Of a stretch of DNA of 64,000 nucleotides, positions 1-48,998 are shown piece after piece (the first letter of the stretch is position 1; each line of letters starts with the position of its first letter). The notes under the pieces were generated by a model. It saw only the letters and a list, made by a program, of their open reading frames with translations. It was not told where the DNA came from and searched no databases. The position numbers and the translations under genes are program-made. This stretch comes from Octopus bimaculoides (lineage: Eukaryota): positions 22,897,017-22,961,016 of the forward strand of contig NC_069003.1 of NCBI RefSeq assembly GCF_001194135.2, given 5' to 3'.

Positions 1-579
1 AAAAGGATACAATACTTATATTATTACATTTAAGATTTTTTTTTTTTTGAAAAGAACAACATTATTATGACTACTACTGCGGCTAACTCTAACGCTGTCA
101 CCACTTTCACTACTACTAATGTGATCACCGAAACCAGAACCTAAGTGGCTACAAATATTATCTAGGTCTCTGTGACTGACTGGTATAAACATTTTCAAAA
201 TGCTGTAGTGGAAAATATGAGCCAAGAGCTCAAAAAGTTATTAAAAAACTGCTTGGTAAACAATGATTTGTAGGTGTGTTGCTCAAAAACTAACTATTGA
301 AAATGGCCACAAATGTTCTTGCAGAAAAGTGTTTGCAAGAAATACAGGAGGACATAAATCTCATCCTGTGGGCCCCAACAGTTTGTGTCAGCAAAGTTTA
401 ATTCCTGAAGGATATCTCGCTGTAAAGCATTTTATTGTCTTCTGTATGGGTGAGGAGTTTGTCTTCATTCCCACTTATCTAAGAAGAAAATGGATAGGGA
501 AGGTGAAGGTATCTAGTATACTACCATTGCCAGACATCTGGTGGGTTGTGGTATGCCTTATCCTGAAGGGATTTGACAT

Positions 580-625
<46 letters not shown>

Positions 626-1670
626 NNNNNNNNNNATGAAGAAAATAATATATAAAAAAAATAATATATAAAAAAATAAATATACCAATACATTATATTG
701 TCTTTGAGCTTTTAAAGTTCAATGGTATTCCATGTAGATAATAGTTGGAAAAATAGGGATGCATGAGAATTGAGAGTTGTGTTAGGTTTAAAAAAAGGGG
801 CTAAAAGTTTGTGTTAAGCAGGAAGTGTGGTGTCAAAACAGGAAGTGTGTGTAAGGGGAGACAAATCTTTTTAAGATTAAAAATCTTTAAAATTTCAGGG
901 GATGCAACCACCTGCACCCCCTGTTCTTGGGCCCTTGGGCCGTTGGGCTTAGCAGTGTTGTTTTCAAAGGTTTGGATCTTGAGATAAGGACAATCTCCCT
1001 GGACCTGGATGTGTTAGTCTTGCAGTTGTCTCTGGGATGGTTTGGATCAACTTAACTTTCTCTCTTCTTGTCAAAAATGTGTAATATATAAGGCTGAATT
1101 TTAACTGTTTTTAAAATGTAAATAGATCAGAATATAGAAAACTCCATTGTTTCTTGCAGCCCAAGAAGTCTCCATTGTGACAGGGAGACTTCCATGGGTC
1201 ATCAGTTTTTGAATAGCTATATATTTGTTTTTCAATCATAGGAAATAGTTCTGAATATTGTGGTTTTGCATGTGAATGAAGCAGGACCTTTTGGCTTAAA
1301 CTTCTGGTTGGAATCATGTTACAGGTGTTTCATAACATGCTGAAAAATAAATTAGTATCAATGCTTGCACTTTTTCTGTCAAACTGGGATAAAAATAAAT
1401 GAAAGAATTTTTTCAAGTTTTCGAAAGGCAGAGAAAGAATTTCAAATTGATTGAGAATCAAAGACAACACTGCAAAGCTAGGACAGTCCTAGTCAGAGTG
1501 GAACATGTGATCACCCTATGTAGAATGATATTTCTTGAATGTTTACTTGCATTTCAGGTAGTAGAATTCATTGAAAGCGACATAATGGCTTGCTTTCTTT
1601 CACAAGAAAGTTTTGATCTTTTTAATAGAGAACTCTTGATTTTGATTACCTCATTTTTTTTACCTCTTTA

Positions 1671-1707
<37 letters not shown>

Positions 1708-1784
1708 TCTGCTTTCTTCTCTCACTTCCTCTGATATCTTTACTTCTTTCTTCCTCTCTCTTCACCTTTTACCCTCACTTCTCC

Positions 1785-1820
<36 letters not shown>

Positions 1821-1989
1821 TCTTCTTCTTTCAGTTGCCCCATTTTCTTTAATTTTTCTTCATTCTCTCCTTACTCTTTCATCTTTCTCACTCCATTCCT
1901 CCTCCTCATCCTGCCTCTTCCACTCCCCCCCCTCTCTGTCTTCCTTATGAACATATCCAATTTCTCATCTTACTGCTTACCATTAACAG

Positions 1990-37250
<35,261 letters not shown>

Positions 37251-40163
37251 TGAACCCAGCAATGTTGTTGCTATGCTTTAAACCCATTTACTCAAACTTC
37301 CTGGTAACATCATTTACATATCACTTTTATATATGTACACGTGTGCATATACATTCATTAGATATAAACTGTGAGAGATATTTTTCAAATCTGACAATCA
37401 AAATACATGCAAGATTCAAGTTGAGTATCAGATAACCTGTGTCTGTTGGTAGCCCAGTTCTCAATAATTAGCTCTATTGACCCGTATAGTGCGACCTCTA
37501 TATGCATATTTTGATAACTTGGTGCCAATTCTTACTCAAATCACATCTTATATAAGGAAAGTACAAATTAGATAATGTAGGTAGTTCTAAAAAGATGGAA
37601 TGGTCATGGCTGAAATACTTTTCATTGTAAGTCTTTTCAAGCAAAGTTAACCTGGGGCTAAACAGCCATGTCTCAAAGAAATTTAAAGGTTTGTGCTGAC
37701 AAGTGCTGCTCATATCCTTAGAAAAACCCTATCAATTTAAATGTCTGTGTTGCAATATATGGAGGTATTTCACTATTGTTCCACCTCTTCCCCTCCCCAA
37801 GCTTTCACTTATATTTCAACATCTCTGAACCTTCACTTGCCCTAGGGTGCAGTGAGTGTCTCAGTAAATGATTACAACAAACATGCAGGTTAAAAGCAAA
37901 TAAAGGTGATACTCATAATAGTACTAGTTACAATTAATAGTGATTACACCAGCAGCCACACAGGATTAACCAGCTCTCAAATGATTAGAAATCTACTCTC
38001 TCTATCACCAATATTTCTAATATACCCGATCTTTATAATAATGGTGTTACACTAATTCCCACTGTATACACCACCTTTAAATCCACTCACAAGGCTTTGG
38101 CTGGCCTAGGATTGTAATAGAAGACACTCGACTTTATACCAAGTGTCAAAGGCTGAAGTATGACAAACACATAACTGACAGTTATAGCCAGTTTAACTGA
38201 GAGTAATGAGTAAATGGGAACTTCTATATGGTCATCTGGATAGCTAGAAATAGCAGCCTAAATCTCCCTCAGTTAACATTCTAGCTTCCAAAATCAAGAA
38301 AGCTACATGGAACAATGTTGTTTCTGATGTCTATGATTAGAATATGTTTGATCATAAGCCTGCTCAATTAGAGAAGTTAGTGTCTTGACCTTTGATACAG
38401 TGAGATGATGATTTCCTGCTACCAGCTGGTGAACTTGCAATGGTAGGTCGATCACCAGTTAAACTATTTCATATGGCCAGCATTTAAGTTGTGTGTATGA
38501 ATGTGTTTGCACATGAGTGATTACATATTGTGATGTTAATCTGTTACAAAATATCTTGAGAATGGCAGTGTGAAAACAGTTGTTACTATGGTGAAAACAG
38601 TTGTTATTATAGAAATATCTAAATTATATTCTGAATAAATAACTTATTTACTACAAAATACTGAGTTTTTCTTTAATGCAGTCACTCTTCTTAGAGTCAC
38701 ACTCTGTTTAGATGTTAATGATAAGCAGAGAGAATATTTCTTGATCAAGAATTATTGTTTTATTCTAATATTTGTTATATTCAAGAGAAGGAAGAAAAGA
38801 AAAAAAAACAATTGAAAATCAGGACTGAAGTATATGTTTCTGGTTGGAATGTCCATGATTCTTGCACTGAAAGTGCCTGGTTAAGAGCCATATGATGATG
38901 TTACACAACTATACACCTTGTAACTATATTATGCTACCAATGTTATGTAGGATGTTTAAGAACTCAGGTGTGCATAAATAATGCAATCCTACAAACACTA
39001 AAAACAAGGTGAAAATAATATTCACTTCATACTAGTCTTTAGGTATTTGGATGAGCTCAATGGCTCAAAGCTTATTTACACATTACATTGTAAAGCCACA
39101 AAATAAACTCCCAAAGCTATGATAATCAGTGAAGAATCTATACTTATTGAGGAACAGGAATAGACTGATTGAAATTATTTGAAATTGAAACTAATCTACA
39201 ATATTATCCCTGCAAAACGTCACCAACACACCAGCAACTTAGACTCACAGGCACTATCTGTCCATCTCGACTTCTTCCATTCCACCATTTCAGAAAAATA
39301 GCTGAACGATTACTTTTTTACAGCCGTTTCTAAGAAACACATTTTAAGATTAAACGATTTGTCATGTATGAAGAACATGTAATTTTCACAAACACAAGCT
39401 GCAATGCAGTGGCAACATACGAGGAAACCTAAACTACATCAAGGACAAAGGCAATCACTTTGGTAAGCAGATGCAGAGAGACACTCTGAACTTCGTCAGA
39501 GACTTTCAGAACAAAGTAAAAAACTGTAGTATATTTGCTTCAGCCACCATCTAAGGAACAATGCCAACATGATCTAACATGAGATACTGCAAAATATTAC
39601 TTATTCTGAGCATTAAATGACAAGTCATGCATTGATAATAATAACAATGGTCTCAAATTTTGTTACAAGGCCACCAATTTTAGGGGCAGGAGCTTGGTTG
39701 ATTACAGTGACCCCAGTACTTTACTGATACTTTATTTTATCAATCCAAAAAGGATGAAACGCAGAGTTGACTCAGCAAGATTTAAGCTCAAGAAATGCCA
39801 GTAGAAATAGCACTAAGCATTTTCTCTTATGCATTAACAATTCCCTCAGCTTACCATCTTTAATGACTTTCAAATTTTGGCTGAAGACCAGCAATTTTGG
39901 TGGGAAGCAGTTAGATGACCACAACACTTGACTGGTACTTTGTTATATTGACCCCAAAGAGATGAAAACAAAGTAAGCTTTGGTGGTATCTGAATTCATA
40001 CCACAAAGAGCAGGAAGAAAAAAAACAACGCATTTTGTTCAATGCTATAATGATTCTGTTTGTTCACCACCTTAATAATAACAATAATAATAATGGTTTC
40101 AAATTTTGTCACATGGGAAGGGGGTGCAGATGACTTGATTACATCGACCCTAGTGTTTAACTG

Positions 40164-40539
40164 TGGAGGCACAATGGCCCAGTGGTTAGGGCAGCGGACT
40201 TGCGGTCATAGGATCGCGGTTTCGATTCCCAGACTGGGCGTTGAGTGTTTATTGAGCGAAAACACCTAAAGCTCCACGAGGCTCCGGCAGGGGATGGTGG
40301 CGAACCCTGCTGTACTCTTTCACCACAACTTTCTCTTACTTCCTGTTTCTGTTGTGCTTGTAATTCAAAGGGTCAGCCTTGTCACACTGTGTCATGCTGT
40401 ATATCCCCGAGATCTATGTTAAGGGTACACGTGTCTGTGGAGTGCTCAGCCACTTGCACGTTAATTTCACAAGCTGGCTGTTCTGTTGATCGGATCAACT
40501 GGAACCCTTGATGTCGTAAGCGACGGAGTGCCGACAAAA
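40164..40539 (+). mobile_element. tRNA-derived SINE, family C, nested in a family D SINE
   Basis: Perfect 12-bp TSD AGTGTTTAACTG at 40152-40163 and 40540-40551. Confidence 0.9.
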
Positions 40540-41629
40540 AGTGTTTAACTGGTACTTATTTTATTGGCCCCGAAAGGGTAAAAGGTAAAGTCGACGTTGG
40601 TGGAATTTGAACTCAGAACATACCTACGGGTGAAATACCGCTAAGCATTTCACCCAGCTCGCTAATGATTTTGCCAGCTTGCCACCTTAATAATAATAAT
40701 CTCTTCTGCTATAGGTACAAGGCCTGAAATTTGGGGTAGGGGGACTACATTGACCTCAGTGTTTCACTGGTACTTAATTTATCAACCCTGAAAAGATGAA
40801 AGGCAAAATTGACCCTGGTGGAATTTGAACTCAGAAGATAAGGACGGATGAAATCTGCTAAGCATTTAGCCTGGCATGCTAACAGTTATGTCCGCTCACC
40901 ACTTTTATCATTAATAATAATTGTCAGTAATCATACTGTTTCCATTTCTCTCAGCCAATATTTTTACATTAGCCTTCTTCCAAACTCTACATAGTGCAAC
41001 ATACAGATGATCATGTGAGAAGAATTGTGTCAGAAGATATATTCCAATTTGTTCAAAAGTCTGTCCCTATGCAAACGGTCGAGAGACAGCAGTCAGCTTG
41101 CACCAGTCAAGCAGCCAACAGAGAGCCACATATTCAGCATGAACGACACAACACAGTAGCAGTCGCAGAACATAAACAGACATGACCAAATGACTGACGC
41201 ACACACAGACACAAAACATTTCCGGTTCTGCCTCATCACATCGACACAATATTTCTCCTGTCGTTCATTTTTGACTTTGCCAACTCGAAGCAGTTTGGTA
41301 ACGTCATGTAGCGGCTTTCCTTGATATTTGTAAATCAAACCTTGTGTATCAAATACATAAATGCAAGTATGGATTAAATGAATTATTTAAACTACAATCC
41401 GATGCTTTTCATCTGCCACATCAACAACACCTTTTTGCAAACTATTTTGGTGAAATATCCTCTGCTGACTTTGTGAAAATGCCTAACACTTTTCATTCCA
41501 AGAATACATATTTCAAGTACATTCCCAGTCACCTTAATAAAGTGGTGATTCCTGATAGGCCGGTTATTAAGGAAGGGTTTTGTTAGGGGAGTGAACCCAG
41601 AAGTTGTTGTTCGCAAACAGCAGCAGTAA

Positions 41630-41842
41630 TTTTCTTCAGCTGAATACACGTCATTGATTGGTTAAAAATACCCAAATACGACAACTTTAACACAAAATAA
41701 CTTCTAAAATCCAAAATTTTGTCAAAAACGTTAAGAGTAAACCCTGTTGTATGGGACACATTCTCCCAGTATCCGAAGTTTCAAAGTGTTTAGTTAAAAA
41801 AAATTAATTAAAAATCTGTCGGTCAGGTTGAAAAAAGCCCGG
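41630..41842 (+). mobile_element. Partial relative of the 10574-11141 MITE
   Basis: Shares GCTGAAT..ACGTCA.TGATTGGTT.AAA...AAATACGACAACTTTAACA and GACACATTCT.CCAG...AAGTTTCAAAGTGTTT.GTTAA with 10950-11110; its end differs and runs into an N gap. Confidence 0.6.
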
Positions 41843-42923
41843 NNNNNNNNNNTTTTTTTTTTTTTTTTTTTTTTTTGCAAAAAACCTCCGTTTTCGGATA
41901 CCGAGATTCAAGAAAATAGGCATTTTGAAATCCATCCCCAATTTCTTCATTTTTTACCATTTCAGAATTTTTTTTCAAAATATGCAGAAAAATATGTAGA
42001 GAATTACAATAAAAAATATATCCATTTTCTTGAAAGTTAAGACGAATTGAAGTGAACTCCAGTGAATTTTCCGAAATTCCCTACCCCACCCTCTCCTAAA
42101 ACATTCCTTCCACCAAACAAAAATTGTGTAAGTCGGTGGTGGGGGCAGAAATCTGTAGTTATGCCCATTCTCATAGCAACTCTCATCACATATATGTTTC
42201 AACAATACTTCCAACTGGAAAAATCGGTACTCATACATTACAAACCAAAATTTAATTATCACAAAATTTCGTAAAACATTTGCCATTGTTATTGACAGCT
42301 GAGGTACTTTAATGATTATGCATAAAATTTGCAAATAAAAATTACGTACATATCGCTTAGATATATAAAAATTTCTGTTGATTATAGTTTTGTATATTAA
42401 GTTATTTTTTTAATTATATTGTTCCTTCTTTTTATTTCTAATAAATTGTTATGCAAAAAATATATCAATTCAAAAAATGAATAATATCAGTTCGATTTTG
42501 TTTCTGCGAAACAAATAGTTATCAGCTCAACACTGAAAAATAACTATAGAAAAGACTTGATTTTTAACTTTGAAAACGAAAGTAAACAACAAATATATCG
42601 ATTTAAAAAAAAAAGATAAAAAATTAAAAAGTATAAAATGTGAAATTACCGCAAACTTTTTTCATTTTAGAAAAACATATAAGTGTAATCAAATTAACCA
42701 CCCAAACAGCAAACCCTACGTACATAAGAAAAGCGCTGCTGCGGAGAATGTCCAGCGATACTTGCATATTGTTGTTCTTTAAAAATTGTTGCACTTATAT
42801 ATGCATTGTTCATTGTAATATTAATAATTGCAATTTCCAGTGATTCATGTAAAATGTGATGACTTAGTGGGCTTAGGTCCTATCAGTCCCGATTCTTTAT
42901 CAAATACGTTAGTATATATATAT

Positions 42924-43526
42924 CTACCAGGTCAACAAGTTTCCTGTTTTTCTGTCAATGACTTTTTGGAAATATTTTGGCTTAATAAATCCATTTACAT
43001 CTCCTTCAGTGAGCATTACATTGTTTTCCGATAGGAAAAATTTCATTCCGTTCTTTAAAGCCAAATTCAGATTCAAATAAATAATTATTTCAGAATTTCG
43101 TGGCATGCCACTAATCACTTTGGGGTCACCTGGTACCCCTATAGCGAAATGGATGTGCATTCTTCCCATTTTGCTCAGACCATCTCTTGAGATAACATTC
43201 CACGCATGATGACGGGTACCATGAATTACGTTCGGGTAATCCCTTCCACTTAATACTGGCTGAAAACTTAAATCAGATACTTGAAGTGAATGGCCTTGAT
43301 TTGCTCGAATCATTAATTCCCCGTATTGGTTTTTTATGAAATATCTCTTTTTTGCGTCGTTGTCCGCTATGCGTTTAATATCAGTAGGAGTTAAATGGCT
43401 AAATTCTCTCGTGCTCAGTAATTCGCTTACTTTAACAAACCCATTAATATCGATACTGATGTTCATTTGTGATGCTGTATGTCGTAATACGGTAACTAAC
43501 CGTTTGGATGTCTGTATATCACTCAT
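42924..43526 (-). CDS. TRPT1: tRNA 2'-phosphotransferase 1 (Tpt1/KptA family), 200 aa, single coding exon
   Basis: Uninterrupted ATG-to-TAG ORF with family motifs SKxLxxxLRH, KKRY, IRANQGHS, HGT, GRMHIHF, VISGM, FFLSENNVMLTEG and PKYF. The catalytic Arg-His-Arg-Arg tetrad is present. Confidence 0.95.
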   Translation of the reverse strand: MSDIQTSKRLVTVLRHTASQMNISIDINGFVKVSELLSTREFSHLTPTDIKRIADNDAKKRYFIKNQYGELMIRANQGHSLQVSDLSFQPVLSGRDYPNVIHGTRHHAWNVISRDGLSKMGRMHIHFAIGVPGDPKVISGMPRNSEIIIYLNLNLALKNGMKFFLSENNVMLTEGDVNGFIKPKYFQKVIDRKTGNLLTW

Positions 43527-45042
43527 ATTTTCTGTCCCTTTCGTAAGAGATGGTGAAGAGACAAAGAGGTTAAAAAATTAATTTCGAGAATACTCCGTCG
43601 AAAAGTGAAACTAAAATTCTCGGAAGGAAGATTTAACGATAAGATTCGAGGAAAACGTTAACAAATGAACGAAAAAAAGTAACACAAAAGAAATTTTGTG
43701 GTAGTATTGCCAATTTATTCGTGCAAGCATAATCTTAAGGATAATTTCCATTCCGTTCTGTGGTAAACATTCCGATACGATTGAATATCGTTCTAGAGAA
43801 TAGGTTCGCACTTAAGATTTGGGTGATTACTCAAAATTGTCCCTCGTTATAGAAACTTCAGTTACTTGCTCTTGAAATTTGAAAGACTCCATAACGTTTT
43901 ATTGAAGCTGAAAACATTGTTTTTTTTTCTACATATATATTATTTACATTTAGATATATCTCTTTTTGCCCTGTTATATACAATTACGTGTGTGCGAGTG
44001 TATGGACAATAAACATTGTATTCGCTCATTGGAATATTTTTAAGTAAACGTGTGACTGTTGTAAGGTTAAAATTCTAATTTTCGTTAAAGACGATGATTA
44101 AGTCTATCAAAAAAAAAAAAAAGAAAACAGCAATACGTTGATATAAAAATGTGTTCTAATATGTAAATTCATACGAAACTTATTACCAGCTTCAAATATT
44201 GACTTTTCCTCAGTGAGAAAATAGTCATCGAGAGTTATGTCCCTTGACACACAATATCTATACACGTTCGAGTTATTGATATAACTTCTCTCTTACAAAT
44301 GATACGTTGAAATATCAGGTTTGATAAATAGCAAACCTACTCCCCCACCCTTTTTTGGGGAGGAATTCTGGTTTAAGTACCCCATATAAAACCCTCACAA
44401 CTTTATTATTATTATTTGGAACTTTCGGAAAACTTTTGCTAATTTGGCATTGCCCAAACGTGAAGACTGGAATTTGGTAACAATCAGAATATTTTTTTTC
44501 TTATATTATATTTCGTATTAAACGGTGAGTCTATCGTGTCACAAAGTAAGGTGTATGTGTGTCTGTCTCTCTGTCCGTCTGTGTGTGTATCCAAAGTACT
44601 TTTTAGCCCAATATTTCCACACTATTTATCACTTTATTTGCTTCAAGATTCACCGTTTTGAAATTAAGTATATGTGGCTGTGTGGGCAAGTGTCTTCTAC
44701 TTTGGCCACGGGCCGACCAAAGCCTTGTGAGTNNNNNNNNNNNNNNNNNNNNNNNNNNNNNNNNNNNNNNNNNNNNNNNNNNNNNNNNNNNNNNNNNNNN
44801 NNNNNNNNNNNNNNNNNNNNNNNNNNNNNNNNTATATATATATATGTGTATGTATATATATATGTGTATATATATATGTATACGTTATGTGTGTCTATGT
44901 TTGTCCCCATTCCACCGTTTGACAACCGTTGTTGGTGTGTTTATGTCCCCGTAATTTAACGGTTCGGCGAAAGAGGCCGCTAGAATATGTACCAGGGTTA
45001 AAAGTATATACTGGGCTCGAAAAATTCAAGGCAGTGCCTCAG

Positions 45043-45298
45043 CAATTTGATATGAAGTTATAAATTTACATGTATTATATTAAAAATGTCTACATTAGGA
45101 TAGGATATGTATATATACTATATTAGAGAGAGGAAGAAAAAAAAAAAACGTATAATACAAAAGTTAAGTTAACTTTTGTATTGTACGTTTTTTTTCTCTC
45201 TCTTCTTCCTCTCTCTGATATAGTATATATACATATCCTGTCCTAATGTACACGTTTTTAATATAATACATGTAAATTTATAACTTCATATCAAATTG
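45043..45298. repeat. Long palindrome (arms about 125 bp, 3-nt loop)
   Basis: CAATTTGATATGAAG... and ...CTTCATATCAAATTG; centre AAAAGTTA-AGT-TAACTTTT at about 45168. Confidence 0.9.
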
Positions 45299-45643
45299 TA
45301 TCATATCGTATATATTCACCCATTATATGTGAAATCATAATGTATGTTTATATATCGTAATGTTTTAACTTAAATAGTCATATTTTTATACAACTTGGAA
45401 ATTATGCATGTTTATAAATATTTTTAAATAAATATTTTGAACATTCATGATATTTCTAAAGTTTATATCGTTGTATTTGCCTGTTTTTTTTTTTACCGTA
45501 CCTTTTACACACTATAGAGATTGATAACTATATATTTATTGATTCTTGAAGGAATTGAACACACACACACACACATATATTAACTCTTGCGTTTGATATA
45601 TGGTATTGTTCCTGTGGTTTTCCACCCTTATGTATCTATTTTT

Positions 45644-45680
<37 letters not shown>

Positions 45681-46389
45681 ACATATAAACAACATACACA
45701 TACGCACAGACACACGTACATACATATTCTTTTACTTTGTGCTAATGTACACACATCTGTATATATATACATATATCTATCTAAACATATCCTCATTGTT
45801 TTGCTCTCATGTAAGCGCATTTCTACATGCAACTCCACCAATCGCTTTCCAATTACGATCTTGTGTAATTGGTTTCTAGCGATATGTATTCATTCAGAAT
45901 TTAGAGTATACACTCAACAAAAGAAAAACAAAGCTACAGTATAACCTTATTGGGGTTAGTTCGTTTAGAATAATTTCTACATATCGTGATATATTCGTTT
46001 ACGTGTAATAATGCTACTATGGAGATACGTGTGTTGAACAGGTCTATGAAATATGGGAGAAATTGTTGTATACAGGGCCTAGGTGCACTACAACTAAGGA
46101 AAAACCGAAGCCATCAGCCAAACAAACAGATAGATGGAGAATGTAGTAATATCTGTCTATCTCTCTAACTACCTGTCTCTATATATTTGTACATATCTAA
46201 CCCGAATCCTTAACCCCAACCCTTGTGACTCTTTGGGCGGTAATGACAGGGAAGAATACAAAACATTTTATAGTAAGTAGTAGCACGTCAGGAGAAGTAA
46301 TTATATTAAGCACACAAAACAGCAGGAAATATATAATAAATACGAAGTGTAATAAGTTGCAAAGAAAGGATACTCGTTAGAGTTAAGCT

Positions 46390-46686
46390 ATCGTTCGTCG
46401 CCAGGGGGCGTAATAGTGGAGGCTTTTCTCCATTGATGTAAACGCATCATCTTCTCTGTTGCGATTGATGTTATCGCATCGTCAGCGCAGAAAAATATGC
46501 GTGAGAGAAACAGTATTGAGAGGCAGCGGAGCTGAGCATCAGTGACGTGGGAAAACTGAGAATTCTCGCAATCACTAGAAAGATATTACCTACCCTGATT
46601 ACATTTTTTCGGTACAGAAAGATGTTACGAGAAACTGCAGTTTTGACTCTTCGACTGCAGAGGAAATAAATTACTTAGCGGTAAGG
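46390..46686 (+). promoter_or_regulatory. Candidate CpG-rich promoter or non-coding first exon
   Basis: GC-box-like GGGGCG near 46405, TGACGT at 46543-46548, and a donor-like CG|GTAAGG at 46681. Motif-level evidence only. Confidence 0.25.
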
Positions 46687-47224
46687 AAAGAAAATGTGTT
46701 GGTGAATACAAGTGATAATACTATACGTAAAAGTGAACAAGTGTCTATGTACACATACACACAGACACACACTAGGTCGGAGTTGTTCCCCTTCAATACC
46801 AAAGAAGAACGATAATAATTGTTTTTCCCTTCATGACTGGACCAAAACAACTTCTTTGCCTCGACGGTTGTCGATACGACGCCGATATAATCGTGTCTGC
46901 GAGACGAGGTGTGGGCGTAAGGTAGAGAAAACTATACGTACAATTAGCATGAACTATGGAAAGGGAGTTCTTAGTGTCTTGTGGATGACCGCGAATATGA
47001 AAGACAAAATAATGAAATTTGTCACTCTCTATTTTTCCAGAACGGATAGACAGCAATGTAAATATAACTATATATATAAAAAGCTACATATTTTTCCAAT
47101 GCGATAACGTATTGTTATTCCCCTTCTGAGATAAACAAATAAAAAAAGTTTAATTACAAGAGAAAATCATATTCACACGTGTATGGAGCGAGAGAGAGAG
47201 GGGTTCAGAGAACATCTCTTTCTC

Positions 47225-47407
47225 TTTTTTCTCTTTTACTTGTTTCAGTCATTTGACTGCGGCCATGCTGGGGCACCGCCTTTAGTCGAGCAATTCGACC
47301 CCAGGACTTATTCTTTGTAAGCCTAGTACTTATTCTATCGGTCTCTTTTGCCGCACCGCTAAGTTACGTGGACGTTAGCACACCAGCATCGGTTGTCAAG
47401 CGATGTT

Positions 47408-47467
<60 letters not shown>

Positions 47468-47625
47468 GCGACGGGCTTCTTTTCAGTTTCCGTCTACCAA
47501 ATCCACTTACAAGGCTTTGGTCGGCCCGAGGCTATAGTAGAAGACACTTGCCCAAGGTGCCACGCAGTGGGACTGATCCCGGAGTCATGTGGTTGGTAAG
47601 CAATCTACTTACCACATAGCCGCTC
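47225..47625 (-). mobile_element. SINE family A copy, full length, CpG-retaining
   Basis: Reverse complement of the family A layout. Confidence 0.85.
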
Positions 47626-48948
47626 CGACGCCTCTGAGGAGGAAATATACTTATTCAGGTGTAAAGTGTAACTAAAAACCTCGCAGACTCATCAGCGTCT
47701 GCAAACATGAAAGAAATGGGAATGTTGCTTTCCTTGATTGAATTGTCCCTATTAGAATGGCAATTAAAGCAGGCTGGAGTTACTTTCCCTTGCTGAGAGG
47801 GAAAAGAAATCGTTGACGGAAAGATACAGGAGTCTTTCCCCTTCCATTACGAAGGCAAATAATAAATGCTACGAGTTGTTTCTCTTTATGTGGGCAAACT
47901 TGAATTTTTGAGAGCGAAGATGAGAACGAACAAGTATCAGAAGTATTGTCTCTCTGCACGACCAGGGAAATTAATATGTAACAGTTGTTCTCTTCATCAA
48001 GTAACCCTTCCTTCCCCAACATTTTACATTGTATGTAACGAGAAGTCCCGTGGATGACGGTAAACACCGAAAGGATGAATCGAATGTTGTCCTTTCTCGA
48101 GACATTTCCCCTATCAGAGTGACTGTTAATGTAATATCGAGTTCCAATTTCTCACCGTCGTCGTCCTATGACAGACACTACAGTTGGTTGATGACACTAC
48201 ACCGAAAGTCTTCCTGATTAAGCGTAAGTTATCCCATCGGATGAACCCAGAGCGTTACTTGGTTTGGACTTTCACATAATGTTTTCGCGGCAGAGGCATT
48301 GGGGGTGGTTTGCCATTGACTTCCCCGACTGGATGGCCGTTGGTCTACAAGGAACTCATCCGCATTTCGACAGATCTTGTTTTTAATCCGGCTGAGTGTC
48401 CAGACACCCTCCTCACAAGTGGCCAGTAAGTCACTGGCCACTTGACAATGCACAGGTAGTACTGGTTTACATGGTACCAGTAGCAGGTCTCAACAGTCTG
48501 TGACGAGTTACCTGATCTGACAGTTGATGTAATAAAATAAGATGTGTCCCCCCCCCCCTTCACGAAGGGAATAAAACTTGCTAGGGAGGACAGAGAAAGT
48601 AAGAGACGGATACAAAAAGGATAAGGTGAATGACGGGTAGCTGATAAAATAAGACGAACAAGGTAAGCCTCGGTCCAAAATAACCATGTATACGAGAAAC
48701 GGAACGAAAATGAGAGATAGAAAGAACTACACATAAAATAGGAATAAAAGAGAGAGATATGAAAAGAGTAGATCTGTAAGGAGAGTTGTCCTCGCACGTC
48801 TCTGCTCTTTATACTTAAAATCTTGGTACTGATTTTATATTTCAACGAATATTCTTTAACACACATGGCGTATTTTATAGATATGCCTGCTCAAGTATCA
48901 TAATAGCATGAAACTATTAGTAGCTCTTTCGGTTGTATATTTAATTTG

Positions 48949-48998
<50 letters not shown>

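Noticed and set aside
40960-41650. Cluster of 60-85 aa ORFs between the two genes as extra exons
   Set aside because: No recognisable domain and no consistent splice phases; may be old TE debris.
41852-41877. Poly-T run (poly-A on the TRPT1 strand) as a retrocopy tail
   Set aside because: It abuts an N gap about 1 kb from the stop, has no AATAAA just before it on the - strand, and no matching TSD was found.
44130-44370. Helitron/Helentron end that could have captured TRPT1
   Set aside because: Only a 6-bp C/G stem and a short motif are present; no paired terminus brackets the gene.
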